The notes beneath the pieces are model-generated. The model was not told where the DNA came from. It ran no database searches and was given only the letters and a program-made list of their open reading frames with translations. Positions 35,930-47,281 of a stretch of DNA of 58,110 bases are shown here, in pieces. Numbering within the stretch: the stretch's first letter is position 1; each line of letters begins with the position of its first letter. Source of the DNA: an uncultured bacterium. GTDB taxonomy: Bacteria; Desulfobacterota; BSN033; UBA1163. A program made the position numbers and the translations under genes. The DNA is taken from assembly GCA_938045955.1 (NCBI GenBank), contig CALIBK010000096.1, positions 1 to 58,110 on the forward strand. Direction: 5' to 3'.

Positions 35930-37456
35930 TTACATTCCAATCAGTTTCTTCTTTTTGAACTCCATTTTATTCAGGGCATTAATGTAGGCCTTGGCACTGG
36001 CTACAATCACGTCTGTATCTGCTCCCTGACCGATCACGGTCTGTCCCTTCTCCTCTAACTTCACCGTGACTTCTCCCTGAGCCTCGGTGCCACTGGTGAT
36101 GGCGTTGATGACAAACTGAAGGAGTTTTGATCGGCTCCTGGTGATCTTCTTAATCGTTTTAAAGGTTGCATCGACCGGCCCATCTCCGAAACCAGCTTCC
36201 TGAACAAGCTTCCCATCCACCTCCATCTGTACCGTTGCGGTTGGAACCGTCAAATTTCCTGCTACCACATTGAGGTAGACTAATTTGAAACGTTTTGGAA
36301 CTCGAAGGATCTCATCGACAACGATCGACTCAATATCCTCGTCAAAGATCTCCCTTTTTTTGTCGGCCAGTTGTTTAAACCTTGTAAAAGCCCGTTCAAG
36401 ATCTTCCTCGGAAAGCTGATATCCCAGTTCTTTAAGCCTTTCCCTGAAGGCATGACGTCCTGAGAGCTTTCCTAAAATAATGGAACTTTTGGGGATTCCC
36501 ACCGACTCCGGCGTCATAATTTCATAAGTCAATTTCTCCTTCAACACCCCATCCTGATGAATCCCTGACTGATGGGCAAAGGCATTTGCTCCCACCACGG
36601 CCTTATTGGGTTGAATGACCATTCCTGTAATTTTTGAAACCAATCGACTGGTCGAAAAGATCTGTTTCGTATTGACCTGGGTATGGAATTGGAAAAGGTC
36701 TTTCCGGGTCTTCAAGGCCATCACAATCTCTTCAAGAGATGCGTTTCCTGCCCTTTCTCCGATCCCATTGATGGTACATTCTACCTGCCTTGCACCATTC
36801 TCGATAGCAGCGATGGAATTTGCGACGGCCAACCCGAGATCGTTATGGCAGTGGACACTCAGGGTTACCCTGTCGATGCCTCTTACCCTTTCGCGGATGG
36901 TCTTGATCAGTCTTCCAAACTCGGAAGGGATCGCATATCCCACCGTGTCCGGAACATTGATGGTGGTGGCTCCAGCCTGAATGACTCTCGAGAAGACTTC
37001 GCAAAGAAACTCAATATTACTTCGGGTTGCATCTTCCGCTGAAAACTCCACATTCTCACAGAGACTCCTGGCATATCTTACTGCCTTGACTGCTTCTCTC
37101 AAGGCCTTCTCTCGAGACATTCGAAGTTTATATTTCAGATGAATATCTGAGGTTGCAATAAAGGTATGAATTCGGGGGTTAACTGCAAATTTTACCGCTT
37201 CCCAGGCCCTTTTGATATCCGTTAAAGAGGTCCTCGCCAGAGCGGCCACTTCCGATCGCTTGACCTTCTTTGCAATCTCTCTGACGGCCTCAAAATCTCC
37301 TTCTGAGGAGATGGGAAAACCCGCTTCAATGACATCCACCCTTAATCTCTCCAGCTGCTCGGCAATCCTCACCTTTTCAGCGACGTTCATCGTCGCTCCA
37401 GGGGATTGCTCTCCATCCCGAAGGGTGGTATCAAAGATTCTCACTTGCTCGCTCAT
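35930..37456 (-). CDS. leuA: 2-isopropylmalate synthase
   Basis: [48 protein letters not shown] regulatory domain. Confidence 0.97.
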   Translation of the reverse strand: MSEQVRIFDTTLRDGEQSPGATMNVAEKVRIAEQLERLRVDVIEAGFPISSEGDFEAVREIAKKVKRSEVAALARTSLTDIKRAWEAVKFAVNPRIHTFIATSDIHLKYKLRMSREKALREAVKAVRYARSLCENVEFSAEDATRSNIEFLCEVFSRVIQAGATTINVPDTVGYAIPSEFGRLIKTIRERVRGIDRVTLSVHCHNDLGLAVANSIAAIENGARQVECTINGIGERAGNASLEEIVMALKTRKDLFQFHTQVNTKQIFSTSRLVSKITGMVIQPNKAVVGANAFAHQSGIHQDGVLKEKLTYEIMTPESVGIPKSSIILGKLSGRHAFRERLKELGYQLSEEDLERAFTRFKQLADKKREIFDEDIESIVVDEILRVPKRFKLVYLNVVAGNLTVPTATVQMEVDGKLVQEAGFGDGPVDATFKTIKKITRSRSKLLQFVINAITSGTEAQGEVTVKLEEKGQTVIGQGADTDVIVASAKAYINALNKMEFKKKKLIGM

Positions 37457-37507
37457 CCCTGAAAATTCCCCCTTCCAAATTTTTAAAAAAAATTTTTAAC
37501 CCATCCT

Positions 37508-38578
37508 TTAAAAAATTTCCATCACCCTTCTATAAAATTCCTCCTCCTCCCATATCTTCACATCGATCCGCAGGGCCAATAGGGGAATTGAAAAAGAAGA
37601 GCCGGCCAATTTCACCATATCCTTCTCTGTCGTCAAAATGAAGTCCATTCCCCTGGCTTCTCTCCTTATCCCTTCTAAGTCTGAAGGAGAATAAGAATGG
37701 TGATCTGGAAAGACCACTTCCTTTTTGATTTCAATTCCCATTTGCTTAAGAAGAGAAGAGAAAGTCTCGGGTCGAGCGATTCCTGAAAAGATAAGGGCTC
37801 TCCCTCCTTTCAGCGAGGAAAGCTCTTGAATCTCCCCATGGGGATTCACGAATGCAATAGGTTCATAATGACTATGAAAAATCTTTGCCCGGGGTTGAAG
37901 CTTCTTCAGTTCGGACTCGAGCAAATGACAATCCATTTCCTTCTTCACCCTGGTCAGGATGAAAAGATCTGCTCTCTCGAGGCTGGAGAGGGGCTCCCTT
38001 AGAATTCCCCTTGGAAGGAGATGTCCATTACCAAACCCGATGAGGGAATCAATCAGAACAATATTGAGATTTCGATAGAGAGAGAGGTGCTGGAACCCAT
38101 CATCCAGAAGAAACCCTTGAATCTTAATCTTTTGAAGGGCCATTAAGCCACTTTCAAACCTATCCTTTCCAACCAGCACAGGAACGTTTCCGAGCCTTTG
38201 AGCCATTAAATAGGCTTCATCCCCGGATTCTTCAGGTGTAAGAAAAACCGTTTTCCCATCGCTCACCAAAGGACCCAATTCTTTCTTCCTTTTATATCCC
38301 CTGCTGAGAATGGCTATGGATATTCCTTCTTCTTTGAGTCTCCGGGCCAGATGGATGACCAAGGGAGTCTTTCCTGTTCCTCCCACCGTAATATTTCCAA
38401 TACTGATGACAGGACAGGGAAGCCTCCTCTGTTTTAGAAAGCCTGAACCATAGAGAAGAGCCCTCATTGAAACAGCCCAACCATAAGGAAGAGAGGCCAG
38501 ATAAAGAGGGAAGAGAAAGACCCTTTCCCCCAGGGAGGAACCCTTTCTATAAAGGAAGTGGTCCATTCGCCAGTTCAT
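37508..38578 (-). CDS. lpxK: Tetraacyldisaccharide 4'-kinase
   Basis: SIGNITVGGTGKTP, LSRGY, GDE, LDDGFQH, LLPRG.LRE, FPDHH, TTEKD. Confidence 0.96.
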   Translation of the reverse strand: MNWRMDHFLYRKGSSLGERVFLFPLYLASLPYGWAVSMRALLYGSGFLKQRRLPCPVISIGNITVGGTGKTPLVIHLARRLKEEGISIAILSRGYKRKKELGPLVSDGKTVFLTPEESGDEAYLMAQRLGNVPVLVGKDRFESGLMALQKIKIQGFLLDDGFQHLSLYRNLNIVLIDSLIGFGNGHLLPRGILREPLSSLERADLFILTRVKKEMDCHLLESELKKLQPRAKIFHSHYEPIAFVNPHGEIQELSSLKGGRALIFSGIARPETFSSLLKQMGIEIKKEVVFPDHHSYSPSDLEGIRREARGMDFILTTEKDMVKLAGSSFSIPLLALRIDVKIWEEEEFYRRVMEIF

Positions 38579-38617
38579 AAAGCCATAAGTGTTCGCCTTT
38601 CGTTATCTCCGTTCTTT

Positions 38618-39901
38618 TTATCTTCCAACCAGGTAGGCTCGGATTTCATTCATGGTTCTTTCCGTGGCACCACGATGCATTTGAACAAATTGGTATCCCC
38701 TCTCTCCGACCTCCCTCCTTTTTCGCTCGTCCCTCAGAAGCTCATCCAATTGAAATGCAAGCTCTTCCTCATCTTTTACCTGAATGGCTCCACCGAGATC
38801 GACCAAATGCTGGGAGATCTCCATAAAATTGAACATGTGAGGTCCAAAGAGGACACATTTCTTGAAAAAGAGAGGTTCCAGAGGGTTATGTCCCCCCACC
38901 GGAACCAGACTACCTCCAATAAAAACAATAGTCCCGTACTGATAAAGGGTCCTAAGCTCACCAAGGGTATCGAGAAGAATGACCTCCTTCTTCCCTTCCC
39001 CCTCTATCGTATGAAGGGCTGTTTTTTTCACCCAGGAAAGGTCTTCCCTTTTTAAGATTCTTTCCACTTCCTCCACTCGATTCAGGTGGCGAGGAGCGAG
39101 AAGGAGACAAAGAGAAGGATGACCCTCTTTGAGTCTTTTGAAAAGACGGAGAATAGTCTCTTCTTCCCCTGGATGGGTCGATCCGGCAATCCAAAGGGGA
39201 ATGGCCTTCAAAAAGATGAGCCTATCGTCTTCCCTCTCCTTCTTCAGACCTGGAGAAGACACTGTCTGGTCAAATTTAAGATTCCCGGTGACACGAGTCT
39301 TCTCCACAGGAACCCCCATCTCAATGATTCGCCTCCGATCCTCTTCTGTCTGCATTAAAAAGAGGGATACGGAGCGGAAAGGAATTTTAAAAAGGGATTT
39401 TAAGCATCTATATCTCCCGAAGGATTTCCGAGAGATCCTTCCGTTAAAAAGGAAAACGGGAATTCCTTTCTCTCCACAGAGGCGAAGAAGATTGGGCCAG
39501 AGCTCGGTTTCTGCGATGAGTAAAAGAGAAGGGGAGAGAGTGCGAAACGCTCTATTAAGAATCACAGGGTGATCAAAGGGAAAGTAAAGAATCCTATCCA
39601 CTCCTGGTAGATTCTTTTGTGCCGTCTCTTTTCCGGCTTGAGTCATCGTTGTAAGAACAATTTTAAAAGAATGGAACTCTTCTTTCATCTTTCTGATCAA
39701 TGGAAGGGAGCAAAGAACCTCTCCCATCGAGGCTGCGTGAATCCAGATGGGTCGAGACAGAGAAAGAGAGGGGTAAAGGGCCAATCTCTCTCTGAGGAGT
39801 TCTCGAAGGGACTTCTGAAAGAGACTTTTAACGAAGAGAAAAGGAATATAAAAAAGGAGGAATAGGGTGAAGATTAAATTATAAAGATAGGATAAAATCA
39901 T
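38618..39901 (-). CDS. waaA: Kdo transferase
   Basis: WIHAASMGE, ETELWPN, NGRIS, GNLKFD, GSTHPGEE, APRH, GGHNPLEP. Confidence 0.96.
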   Translation of the reverse strand: MILSYLYNLIFTLFLLFYIPFLFVKSLFQKSLRELLRERLALYPSLSLSRPIWIHAASMGEVLCSLPLIRKMKEEFHSFKIVLTTMTQAGKETAQKNLPGVDRILYFPFDHPVILNRAFRTLSPSLLLIAETELWPNLLRLCGEKGIPVFLFNGRISRKSFGRYRCLKSLFKIPFRSVSLFLMQTEEDRRRIIEMGVPVEKTRVTGNLKFDQTVSSPGLKKEREDDRLIFLKAIPLWIAGSTHPGEEETILRLFKRLKEGHPSLCLLLAPRHLNRVEEVERILKREDLSWVKKTALHTIEGEGKKEVILLDTLGELRTLYQYGTIVFIGGSLVPVGGHNPLEPLFFKKCVLFGPHMFNFMEISQHLVDLGGAIQVKDEEELAFQLDELLRDERKRREVGERGYQFVQMHRGATERTMNEIRAYLVGR

Positions 39902-39921
39902 AAAAAGAAGTCTTATTCTCC

Positions 39922-40590
39922 TCAGCCATGGTTAAAATAACGATCCGCCTCTTCGGTGAGTTCGTTCAGGCGTTTCTCTAAAAAGGCCCTTCTCTCTTCA
40001 AGATAGTCTCGATCTCCTTTCGGATTCACATAGATGGGCTCTCCCCAGATAAAAACGCCTTTGGAGAAAGGTCTTGGAAGGAGGAATCGATCCCAAGTCT
40101 TCATGAACTTCTTTTTGGAGGCACTGAAAGAGACCGGGAGGATAGGAGCTCCGGTGCGGCGGGCCAATTCGATGACGCCCAACTGAACCCGCTGACAAGG
40201 TCCCCTGGGTCCATCCGGGACAATCGCTATATCAAAACCTTCATGAATTGCCCTGACCATCTCCTGAAAGGCCTGATTTCCCCCCTTGTTAGAAGATCCG
40301 AGAATCGGCATGAAACCGAATTTTTTAAAGGCTCGCCCCACAATCTGGCCATCTCGATGTGGGGAGACTAAGAAACCTAACCTCTTCCCCTTATAGACGA
40401 CCGGCATCATAAGAAGCCGACTATGCCAAAAAGCTCCAATGATAGGAATCCCACCCTTCCAGAAGGACTCAGGGATCTCGGCATGGAGAACTTCAAAACG
40501 CATGGTTTTAGTGAGAAGCCTAACCGCCCAATAGGCAAGCCACGGACCCAATTTTTCGACCAACCTTTTTTTGATTCTTTTGATGGTCAT
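39922..40590 (-). CDS. DUF374 lysophospholipid acyltransferase-family protein (LpxJ-like)
   Basis: AFWH, SPHRDG, PDGPRGP, WDRF..P.PF; located in the lipid A cluster. Confidence 0.85.
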   Translation of the reverse strand: MTIKRIKKRLVEKLGPWLAYWAVRLLTKTMRFEVLHAEIPESFWKGGIPIIGAFWHSRLLMMPVVYKGKRLGFLVSPHRDGQIVGRAFKKFGFMPILGSSNKGGNQAFQEMVRAIHEGFDIAIVPDGPRGPCQRVQLGVIELARRTGAPILPVSFSASKKKFMKTWDRFLLPRPFSKGVFIWGEPIYVNPKGDRDYLEERRAFLEKRLNELTEEADRYFNHG

Positions 40591-40597
40591 CTTTCGG

Positions 40598-42358
40598 TTA
40601 GTAGATTTTCTTTCCTTCCCTCCTCCCGACCTTCATCCCATCATCCCTAAATTGAAGTTGATAGAGTCGATAATACTCACCTCCACGGGCCATGAGTTCC
40701 TCATGGGTCCCTTCTTCGACAATCCTTCCCTCTGAAAGGACAATGATTCGATGAGCATTTCGAATGGTGGAGAGCCGGTGGGCAATGACAAAAACCGTTC
40801 GGCCCTTCATCAATCTTTCCAGAGCCTTTTGAACCTCCATTTCGGATTCGGAGTCAAGAGAAGAAGTCGCCTCATCGAGGATCAAAATGGGCGCATCTTT
40901 AAGGAGGGCCCTTGCTATGGCAATCCGTTGCCGTTCTCCTCCAGAAAGCTTGACTCCCTGCTCTCCGATGAGGGTCTCATATCCCCGGGGAAGTTTTTGA
41001 ATAAACTCATGGGCATAGGCGGCCTTTGCGGCCTCGATGATCTCCTCTTCAGAACGGTTTGGACTCCCGTAAGCAATGTTGTTTCGAACCGTATCGTTAA
41101 AGAGAATGGTCTGCTGGGTGACCAGTCCAATTTGATCCCTTAGAGATTTCAGGGTCACTCTTCGAATATCATAGCCATCGATTAGGATCTCTCCTTCCTG
41201 GATATCATAAAATCTTGGAAGAAGGTTGACCAATGAGGTCTTTCCTGCTCCACTCATCCCGACAATCGCGATGATCTCCCCCACTCGAACAGAGAGGTTA
41301 ATCCCCTCGAGGATTGGTTCTCCATCATATTTAAAGTAGACATCCCGAAATTCGATGCCCTTGGAGATCGGGGGGAGAGGAATCGCTCCATCTTCGTCCT
41401 TAATCTCTAATTGCGTATCCAGGAGTTCAAAAACCCTTCCAGCCGCTGCAAGACCTTCCTGAATTTCAAGATTCACCTTACTGAGATCCCGCACAGGAGC
41501 ATAAAGCATGAAAAGGGCTGTCATGAAGGAGAAGAAGGTCCCGGGAGTCAGTTCCCCCCGAATCACACTATAACCTCCAACCCAGATGAGGAGTGCCACT
41601 CCGATCCCGCCTAAAAGTTCCATTAGAGGATGAGAAATGGCCCTCACCCTGACCCGTTTCAAGAAGACTTTGAAAAACCGTTCATTCTCCTGCGAAAATC
41701 GACGCATCTCATAATCTTCCATATTGAAGGCCTTCACGATTCGATTTCCTGTGATGGTTTCGTGAAGGAGGGTCGTAAGAGATCCCATCCGCTGCAGTCC
41801 CTTTCGACTGAATTTTCGAAGTCTCTTTCCAAACTCTCTGATCGGGATGATCGCTAAAGGGAAGACGATGAGGGCCAGCAGGGCAAATTTCCAATGCTGG
41901 TAGAAAAGGACTCCGATCAGACCCAGGATCGTAAAGACATCTTTGATTAAACCGGTAATAGCATTTGACACGGAAGATTGGATGAGACCAACGTCATAGG
42001 TGATGCGGGAAATGAGGGTCCCTGTAGAAGTCTTTGTGAAGAAAGAGAGGGAGAGCCTTTGAATATGCTGATAAAGTTTCTCCCTGAGGTCTGCAACAAT
42101 CCTTAACCCGACATAATTCATGAGATAAGCCTGACCATAATCGAAGAGTCCTTTTAAGAGGAACAGAAGCACAATGGCCAGGGGAAGGAGAAAGAGACTC
42201 TTCTCGTCCCTCTTTAGAAAGATCTCATCTAAAGCAGGTTTCACGAGGAAGGCCTGAGCGGAGGTGAGAAGAGAAACAAAAACCATGCAGAGCATGGCAA
42301 AGACCAATCTCATCCAGTAGGGTTTAATCCACTGAAGGAGACGTCGGTAAAGGTCCAT
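40598..42358 (-). CDS. msbA: Lipid A export ABC transporter
   Basis: TMD plus GMSGAGKT, LSGGERQR, LILDEATSSLD; between lpxB and waaA. Confidence 0.92.
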   Translation of the reverse strand: MDLYRRLLQWIKPYWMRLVFAMLCMVFVSLLTSAQAFLVKPALDEIFLKRDEKSLFLLPLAIVLLFLLKGLFDYGQAYLMNYVGLRIVADLREKLYQHIQRLSLSFFTKTSTGTLISRITYDVGLIQSSVSNAITGLIKDVFTILGLIGVLFYQHWKFALLALIVFPLAIIPIREFGKRLRKFSRKGLQRMGSLTTLLHETITGNRIVKAFNMEDYEMRRFSQENERFFKVFLKRVRVRAISHPLMELLGGIGVALLIWVGGYSVIRGELTPGTFFSFMTALFMLYAPVRDLSKVNLEIQEGLAAAGRVFELLDTQLEIKDEDGAIPLPPISKGIEFRDVYFKYDGEPILEGINLSVRVGEIIAIVGMSGAGKTSLVNLLPRFYDIQEGEILIDGYDIRRVTLKSLRDQIGLVTQQTILFNDTVRNNIAYGSPNRSEEEIIEAAKAAYAHEFIQKLPRGYETLIGEQGVKLSGGERQRIAIARALLKDAPILILDEATSSLDSESEMEVQKALERLMKGRTVFVIAHRLSTIRNAHRIIVLSEGRIVEEGTHEELMARGGEYYRLYQLQFRDDGMKVGRREGKKIY

Positions 42359-42382
42359 GAATCATCCTCTCTTTTATTGTTA

Positions 42383-43525
42383 TCATAACTCTTTCCCATT
42401 AAGCAAGGAAAGAATGATCTGTGCCGCTCTTTGAGCGGCGCCAGGCTCCCCAAGATTTTTCCGTATGGCTTGAAGAGAGGCGACCACCTTTTGATAAAGG
42501 GTTTCATCTTTCAGAAGACGAAGGGCCTCCTTTGCAATCTTTTCAGGGGTTGCCTCTTTTTGAATCAACTCTTTAACGATCTCCTGACCTGCCAAAAGAT
42601 TGACCAGACCGATATGTTTTACCTGAATGAGTTCCTTCCCTATCCAGTAGGAAAGTAGAGAAACTTTATAGAGAATGACCATGGGTTTTTCAAGGAGAGT
42701 CGCTTCCAGCGTTGCCGTCCCGGAGGCTAAAAGAAGAAGCTCCGAAAGACTCATCATATCGTATACGAATCCCTTGATCATCTTCACCTCAATGGAGTGC
42801 CTCTCTATGAGGGTTCGAACCTTGATCTCCGGGATGGCAGGGGCCAGAGGGATGACAAACTGAAGGTCTGGAAGCTCTTTTTGAAGAAGAATGGCCGAGC
42901 GGAGAAGGACAGGGAGATGTCTTCGAACTTCTGCCGGGCGACTTCCGGGTAGAAGTCCGATCGTTCTTTTCCCTGGGTCGAGACCGAATTTTTGAAAAGC
43001 CTCTTCCCTTGGAAGCGAGGGTTTCACGATATCAAGAAGAGGATGTCCGACCCATGAAACATCCACCCCTTCATTTTCGTAGAAGGGAACTTCAAAGGGG
43101 AGAAAAACGATCATCTTTCGGATATACTTTGCAATCCGTTTAACCCTCCCCCTCCTCCAGGCCCAGATCTGGGGACTGATATAGTAGACCACGGGGATTC
43201 CCAGATGATAGGCAATCTTTGCTAATCGAAGATTAAACTCCGGGAAGTCTATCAAAATCATCAGATCGGGTCTTTCCCGTTCCATCCAATTTCTTAATTT
43301 CCTGAGGGCCATTAAGACGGTAGGAATCTTTGAGAGAGCCTCCGTAATCCCCACGACTGAGAGGCGATGGGCCTCGATGAGAATCTCCATCCCTGTAGAC
43401 TTCAGGGACTCTCCTCCCATCCCGAAAAACCTGATGCGAGGGTCCATCCTCCGAATGGCCTCCACGAGATGGGCTCCGTGAAGATCTCCTGAAACCTCTC
43501 CGGCAGAAAGGAAAACCTTCTTCAT
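42383..43525 (-). CDS. lpxB: Lipid-A-disaccharide synthase
   Basis: AGEVSGD, IDFPEFN, SPQIWAWR, VGHPL, LLPGSR..E, SGTATLE. Confidence 0.97.
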   Translation of the reverse strand: MKKVFLSAGEVSGDLHGAHLVEAIRRMDPRIRFFGMGGESLKSTGMEILIEAHRLSVVGITEALSKIPTVLMALRKLRNWMERERPDLMILIDFPEFNLRLAKIAYHLGIPVVYYISPQIWAWRRGRVKRIAKYIRKMIVFLPFEVPFYENEGVDVSWVGHPLLDIVKPSLPREEAFQKFGLDPGKRTIGLLPGSRPAEVRRHLPVLLRSAILLQKELPDLQFVIPLAPAIPEIKVRTLIERHSIEVKMIKGFVYDMMSLSELLLLASGTATLEATLLEKPMVILYKVSLLSYWIGKELIQVKHIGLVNLLAGQEIVKELIQKEATPEKIAKEALRLLKDETLYQKVVASLQAIRKNLGEPGAAQRAAQIILSLLNGKEL

Positions 43526-43526
43526 C

Positions 43527-44462
43527 TCACGATGTGGGGTTTCGTTGAGAGTGAATCTGTTGAATGATTTGGAGGGCCAATTCCAGTGCTCGTATTCCCT
43601 CCTGTCCAGACACCTTTGCTCCTCGCCGCTCTCTCACACTCTGGATAAAATCTCGAATTTCTAACTCCAGGGGATCACTTGGGCTGACCGGAATCTCTCT
43701 TACCCTCGTCCCTGAATGTCCTTCTTTCTGAACACAAGAAGCCTTCTGGGTCAAAAAATCAATCAGCACCATATTATCGGGTTGAAAAATGAGGGCTTTT
43801 CTCACCTTCTCCTTGGAGAAGCGGCTGACCAAGAGGGAGGCAATACAACCATTCTCAAACTCAATTCGTGCGTGGGCTACATCGGAATTGGAAGTCAGAA
43901 TGGGAAGTCCAACCGAAAAGATGGATTTAATCGGGGAAGAAATCCAGCTTAAAAGGAGATCAATATCGTGAATCATTAAGTCCAGGACCACATCGACTTC
44001 GATTCCTCTTCCAGTAAAAGGAGTCAATCGTTGAAATTCGATCACTCGTGGCTCATGGATCAGCTCCTGGGTGGCTAAGAAGGCTCCATTAAACCGTTCC
44101 AAGTGTCCGACTTGAAAGACAAGCCCCTTCTGTTCCACAATTTGAATCAGTTCCTCAGCTTCTCTCAGGTTCGTGACCATAGGTTTCTCAAGGAGAACAT
44201 CAATCCCTTGAAGCAAGAAATCTCTGGCAATAGAATAGTGAGAAGGAGTGGAAGAGACAATACTTACCGCCTGAACCTTATCGAAAAGTTGAGTATGATT
44301 CTCGAAGAATCGGGTTTGATATCGTTGGGAAATCTCTCTCGAACGGGTGGAGTCAATATCCACCACCCCAACCAGTTCGACCTCCTCCATTTTTGAATAC
44401 TTCTCTATATGGAACTGGCCGAAGTATCCAACTCCGACCACACCCACTTTGATCTTATCCAC
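43527..44462 (-). CDS. Gfo/Idh/MocA oxidoreductase, GnnA-like
   Basis: GVGYFG..H, EKP, QVGHLERFN, DVVLDLMIHDID; between lpxA and lpxB. Confidence 0.85.
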   Translation of the reverse strand: MDKIKVGVVGVGYFGQFHIEKYSKMEEVELVGVVDIDSTRSREISQRYQTRFFENHTQLFDKVQAVSIVSSTPSHYSIARDFLLQGIDVLLEKPMVTNLREAEELIQIVEQKGLVFQVGHLERFNGAFLATQELIHEPRVIEFQRLTPFTGRGIEVDVVLDLMIHDIDLLLSWISSPIKSIFSVGLPILTSNSDVAHARIEFENGCIASLLVSRFSKEKVRKALIFQPDNMVLIDFLTQKASCVQKEGHSGTRVREIPVSPSDPLELEIRDFIQSVRERRGAKVSGQEGIRALELALQIIQQIHSQRNPTS

Positions 44463-45236
44463 CTAACGGCTAATCCCCCTCCTGGTTTGCTTGATGAATT
44501 GGATGAGATGCTGAACTTCTAAAAACCGAGAGAGCTCGGATTCCTCAAGATTTCGGAGAGCCTTCTCCAGAGCCAGCCCTGAACGGAAGATGATTCGATA
44601 GGCTGTCTTGAGGGCTTTGATCGTTTCGTCAGAAAATTGATGGCGTTTAAGACCCACGGTATTGAGACCGAATAGCTTTGCACGATTTCCAGCAGCCAGG
44701 GTATAAGGGGGGATATCCAGTGTGACTCCGGTAAGGCCACTCACAAAGGCATGGGCACCAATTCGACAGAATTGGTGGACAGCCGAAAGCCCTCCGATCA
44801 CAGCGTAATCTTCGATCAAAATGTGACCGGCCAGGGTAGCCCCATTGGCCAGAATCACCTGATTCCCAATCCGACAGTCATGGGCCACATGGGCATAGGC
44901 CATAAAAAAATTATTATTCCCGATGACCGTCTCTCCTCCCCCCTTGAGGGTCCCTCGATGCAGGGTCACACACTCTCGAATGATATTTCGATCTCCCAAT
45001 TTGAGGGTAGTCTTTTCACCCCGATAGGCTAAAGCCTGCGGAGCCTCTCCAATAGAGGAAAATTGATAGATCTGACAATCCCTCCCGATCGTTGTTCCTT
45101 CCCGAACGACCACATGGGAAGCGATTCTCGTTCCTTCACCGATAAATACCCCTTCCTCAATGACAGAATAAGGCCCAATCTCCACGTCCTTAGAGATCTC
45201 TGCTTTTGGGTGAACAATGGCTGTGGGATGGATCAT
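44463..45236 (-). CDS. lpxA: Acyl-ACP--UDP-GlcNAc acyltransferase
   Basis: MIHPTAIV hexapeptide repeats, IRECVT.HRGT, AHVAHDC, VHQF.RIG. Start reassigned to ATG 45236. Confidence 0.96.
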   Translation of the reverse strand: MIHPTAIVHPKAEISKDVEIGPYSVIEEGVFIGEGTRIASHVVVREGTTIGRDCQIYQFSSIGEAPQALAYRGEKTTLKLGDRNIIRECVTLHRGTLKGGGETVIGNNNFFMAYAHVAHDCRIGNQVILANGATLAGHILIEDYAVIGGLSAVHQFCRIGAHAFVSGLTGVTLDIPPYTLAAGNRAKLFGLNTVGLKRHQFSDETIKALKTAYRIIFRSGLALEKALRNLEESELSRFLEVQHLIQFIKQTRRGISR

Positions 45237-45670
45237 TTCTCTTCTCCCATCATTGCCAGCAGATCGGCCTCCGCCACTAATTTCCCTTCCACCCAAGCCT
45301 TTCCTTTGAAACCCCATATGGATTGCCGATGGCGGGTTACCTCGAGTTCCAGTCGAAGCTGATCCCCTGGAACGACAGGTTTCCGAAAGCGGACGTTATC
45401 AATTCCTAAGAAATAGACTGGTCTTTTCTGTTTCTCTTCGGGCATCGATTTAAAAGCAAGGACTCCTGCGGTTTGAGCCATGGCTTCAACAATGAGGACT
45501 CCTGGCATAATCGGTCGCTCGGGAAAGTGACCAGGAAAGAAAGGTTCGTTATAAGTTACATTTTTAAGACCGACAATTCTCTTTCCCGGTTCGATCTCCA
45601 AAATCCGATCGACCAGGAGAAAAGGGTAGGCGTGGGGAAGAATATTCATGATCTCCCTAATCTCAATCAT
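45233..45670 (-). CDS. fabZ: 3-hydroxyacyl-ACP dehydratase
   Basis: [42 protein letters not shown]. Confidence 0.97.
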   Translation of the reverse strand: MIEIREIMNILPHAYPFLLVDRILEIEPGKRIVGLKNVTYNEPFFPGHFPERPIMPGVLIVEAMAQTAGVLAFKSMPEEKQKRPVYFLGIDNVRFRKPVVPGDQLRLELEVTRHRQSIWGFKGKAWVEGKLVAEADLLAMMGEEK

Positions 45671-46718
45671 CCTTTTTCTCCTTCTCTTTGGAATAGATCA
45701 ACTCCTCGAGCTTTTTTAATCGTTTTTCGAAATCAAGTAGACTCTTTCTCATTTCGGGCAATTTGGGGAAGGTGGTGATGGCTCGTAGAAACTCCTGATG
45801 AGGTAGAGCAGGGGAACCCGTATATCCTTGATTTGGAGCAAGATCATAAGGAACCCCTGATTGGGCACCTACCCTGACATTATCTCCGATTTCAACATGA
45901 TCCACCACCCCTACCTGTCCTGCAAGAATCACGTTTTTGCCAATTTTGGTTGAACCTGCAATCCCCACCTGTGCGACAATGAGAGAGTCTTCTCCGATTT
46001 CAACGTTGTGGGCGATCTGAACCAGATTGTCTATTTTTACCCCCTTCCGAATAATAGTCTCTCCAAAGGTCGCTCGATCTATCGTTGTATTAGCCCCCAG
46101 CTCCACATCATCTTCTATCCTCACCCTGCCGAGCTGAGGAATCTTTAAATTCTTCGTTCCCTCCTTCACATATCCAAAGCCATCGGCTCCGATGATCACT
46201 CCACTATGGAGGATGACTCTTTTCCCGATGATAGAGCGTGGATAGAGCGTGACATTTGGATAGAGAATGGAGTCCTCCCCAATGACTGAATCCTCTCCAA
46301 TATAGACCCCCGGGAAGAGGGTCACTCGATCTCCAATTCTGCATCGATCCCCGATATATACAGAAGGATAAACCGAAAGATCTTTTCCCAGTTCTGCTGA
46401 GGGGCTGATCCACGCCCCTGGATCAATTCCTCGAGGTTGATAGGGTTTACTGGTGAATAGGATTAGAATCTTAGTAAAGGCGAGAAGAGGATTTTCTACA
46501 GAGAGGAGGGGCTTTCCAGATTCTCTGATTTCCTTTGAGACAACGATAGCAGAGGCCTCGGTATCCTTTAATTTCCCGAGGTATTTTGGATGTGCAATAA
46601 AGGTAATCTCCCCGGCCTTAGCCCCTTCAATCGAGTTCGCACCAACGATCTCTATCTCTCCATTTCCAAGAACCTCTCCTCCCACCATCTCGGCAAGTTC
46701 CTTAAGCTTCTTCCTCAT
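45663..46718 (-). CDS. lpxD: UDP-3-O-acylglucosamine N-acyltransferase
   Basis: [34 protein letters not shown]. Confidence 0.97.
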   Translation of the reverse strand: MRKKLKELAEMVGGEVLGNGEIEIVGANSIEGAKAGEITFIAHPKYLGKLKDTEASAIVVSKEIRESGKPLLSVENPLLAFTKILILFTSKPYQPRGIDPGAWISPSAELGKDLSVYPSVYIGDRCRIGDRVTLFPGVYIGEDSVIGEDSILYPNVTLYPRSIIGKRVILHSGVIIGADGFGYVKEGTKNLKIPQLGRVRIEDDVELGANTTIDRATFGETIIRKGVKIDNLVQIAHNVEIGEDSLIVAQVGIAGSTKIGKNVILAGQVGVVDHVEIGDNVRVGAQSGVPYDLAPNQGYTGSPALPHQEFLRAITTFPKLPEMRKSLLDFEKRLKKLEELIYSKEKEKKDD

Positions 46719-46726
46719 AACTCTCC

Positions 46727-47272
46727 CTACTTCTTTTGCATATCGTGAAGTTTAATCACACGATCCGTCAGATCAATAGCCTTTGAAGCAAAAAGAACGA
46801 TCATCTCATTCTTGTCGAGGATAAGGGAGTATCCTTCCTCCTCTCCTAATTTTTGGATGACTTTCTGGAGACCCAGAGAGATCGTTCGCTCCATCTCCTT
46901 TGTCTTTTGATTCACCTCGTTCTGCACATCTTCCTGCCATCTCTGAAATTCTCTAATCTTGGTTTGAAGCTCCTTTTCTTTGTTGGCACGGACATCAGGG
47001 TTCAGCATAGGGGCCTGTTTCTCCAAAGATTCTCTCATGGCCTGAAGTTCCTTCTGCTTCTCTAAAAATTGCCGATTATATTTCTCTAACTCTTTGGCTA
47101 TTACCTTTTTAGCTTCCTTTCCCGCCTGACATTCATTGACCGCCCTCTGAATATCAACAAAACCGATCTTGATGTTATTGGCCAGAGTGACTTTAAACGA
47201 TCCTCCGATAAGGAGAACCACAAGGATAGGAATAAAGATTCTGTGAAGTCTCATTTCTTTCTCCTTCTTCAA
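46727..47272 (-). CDS. skp: OmpH/Skp periplasmic chaperone
   Basis: Signal peptide, KIGFVD, coiled coil, DLTD.VI; between bamA and lpxD. Confidence 0.92.
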   Translation of the reverse strand: MKKEKEMRLHRIFIPILVVLLIGGSFKVTLANNIKIGFVDIQRAVNECQAGKEAKKVIAKELEKYNRQFLEKQKELQAMRESLEKQAPMLNPDVRANKEKELQTKIREFQRWQEDVQNEVNQKTKEMERTISLGLQKVIQKLGEEEGYSLILDKNEMIVLFASKAIDLTDRVIKLHDMQKK

Positions 47273-47281
47273 TTTTTTTAT

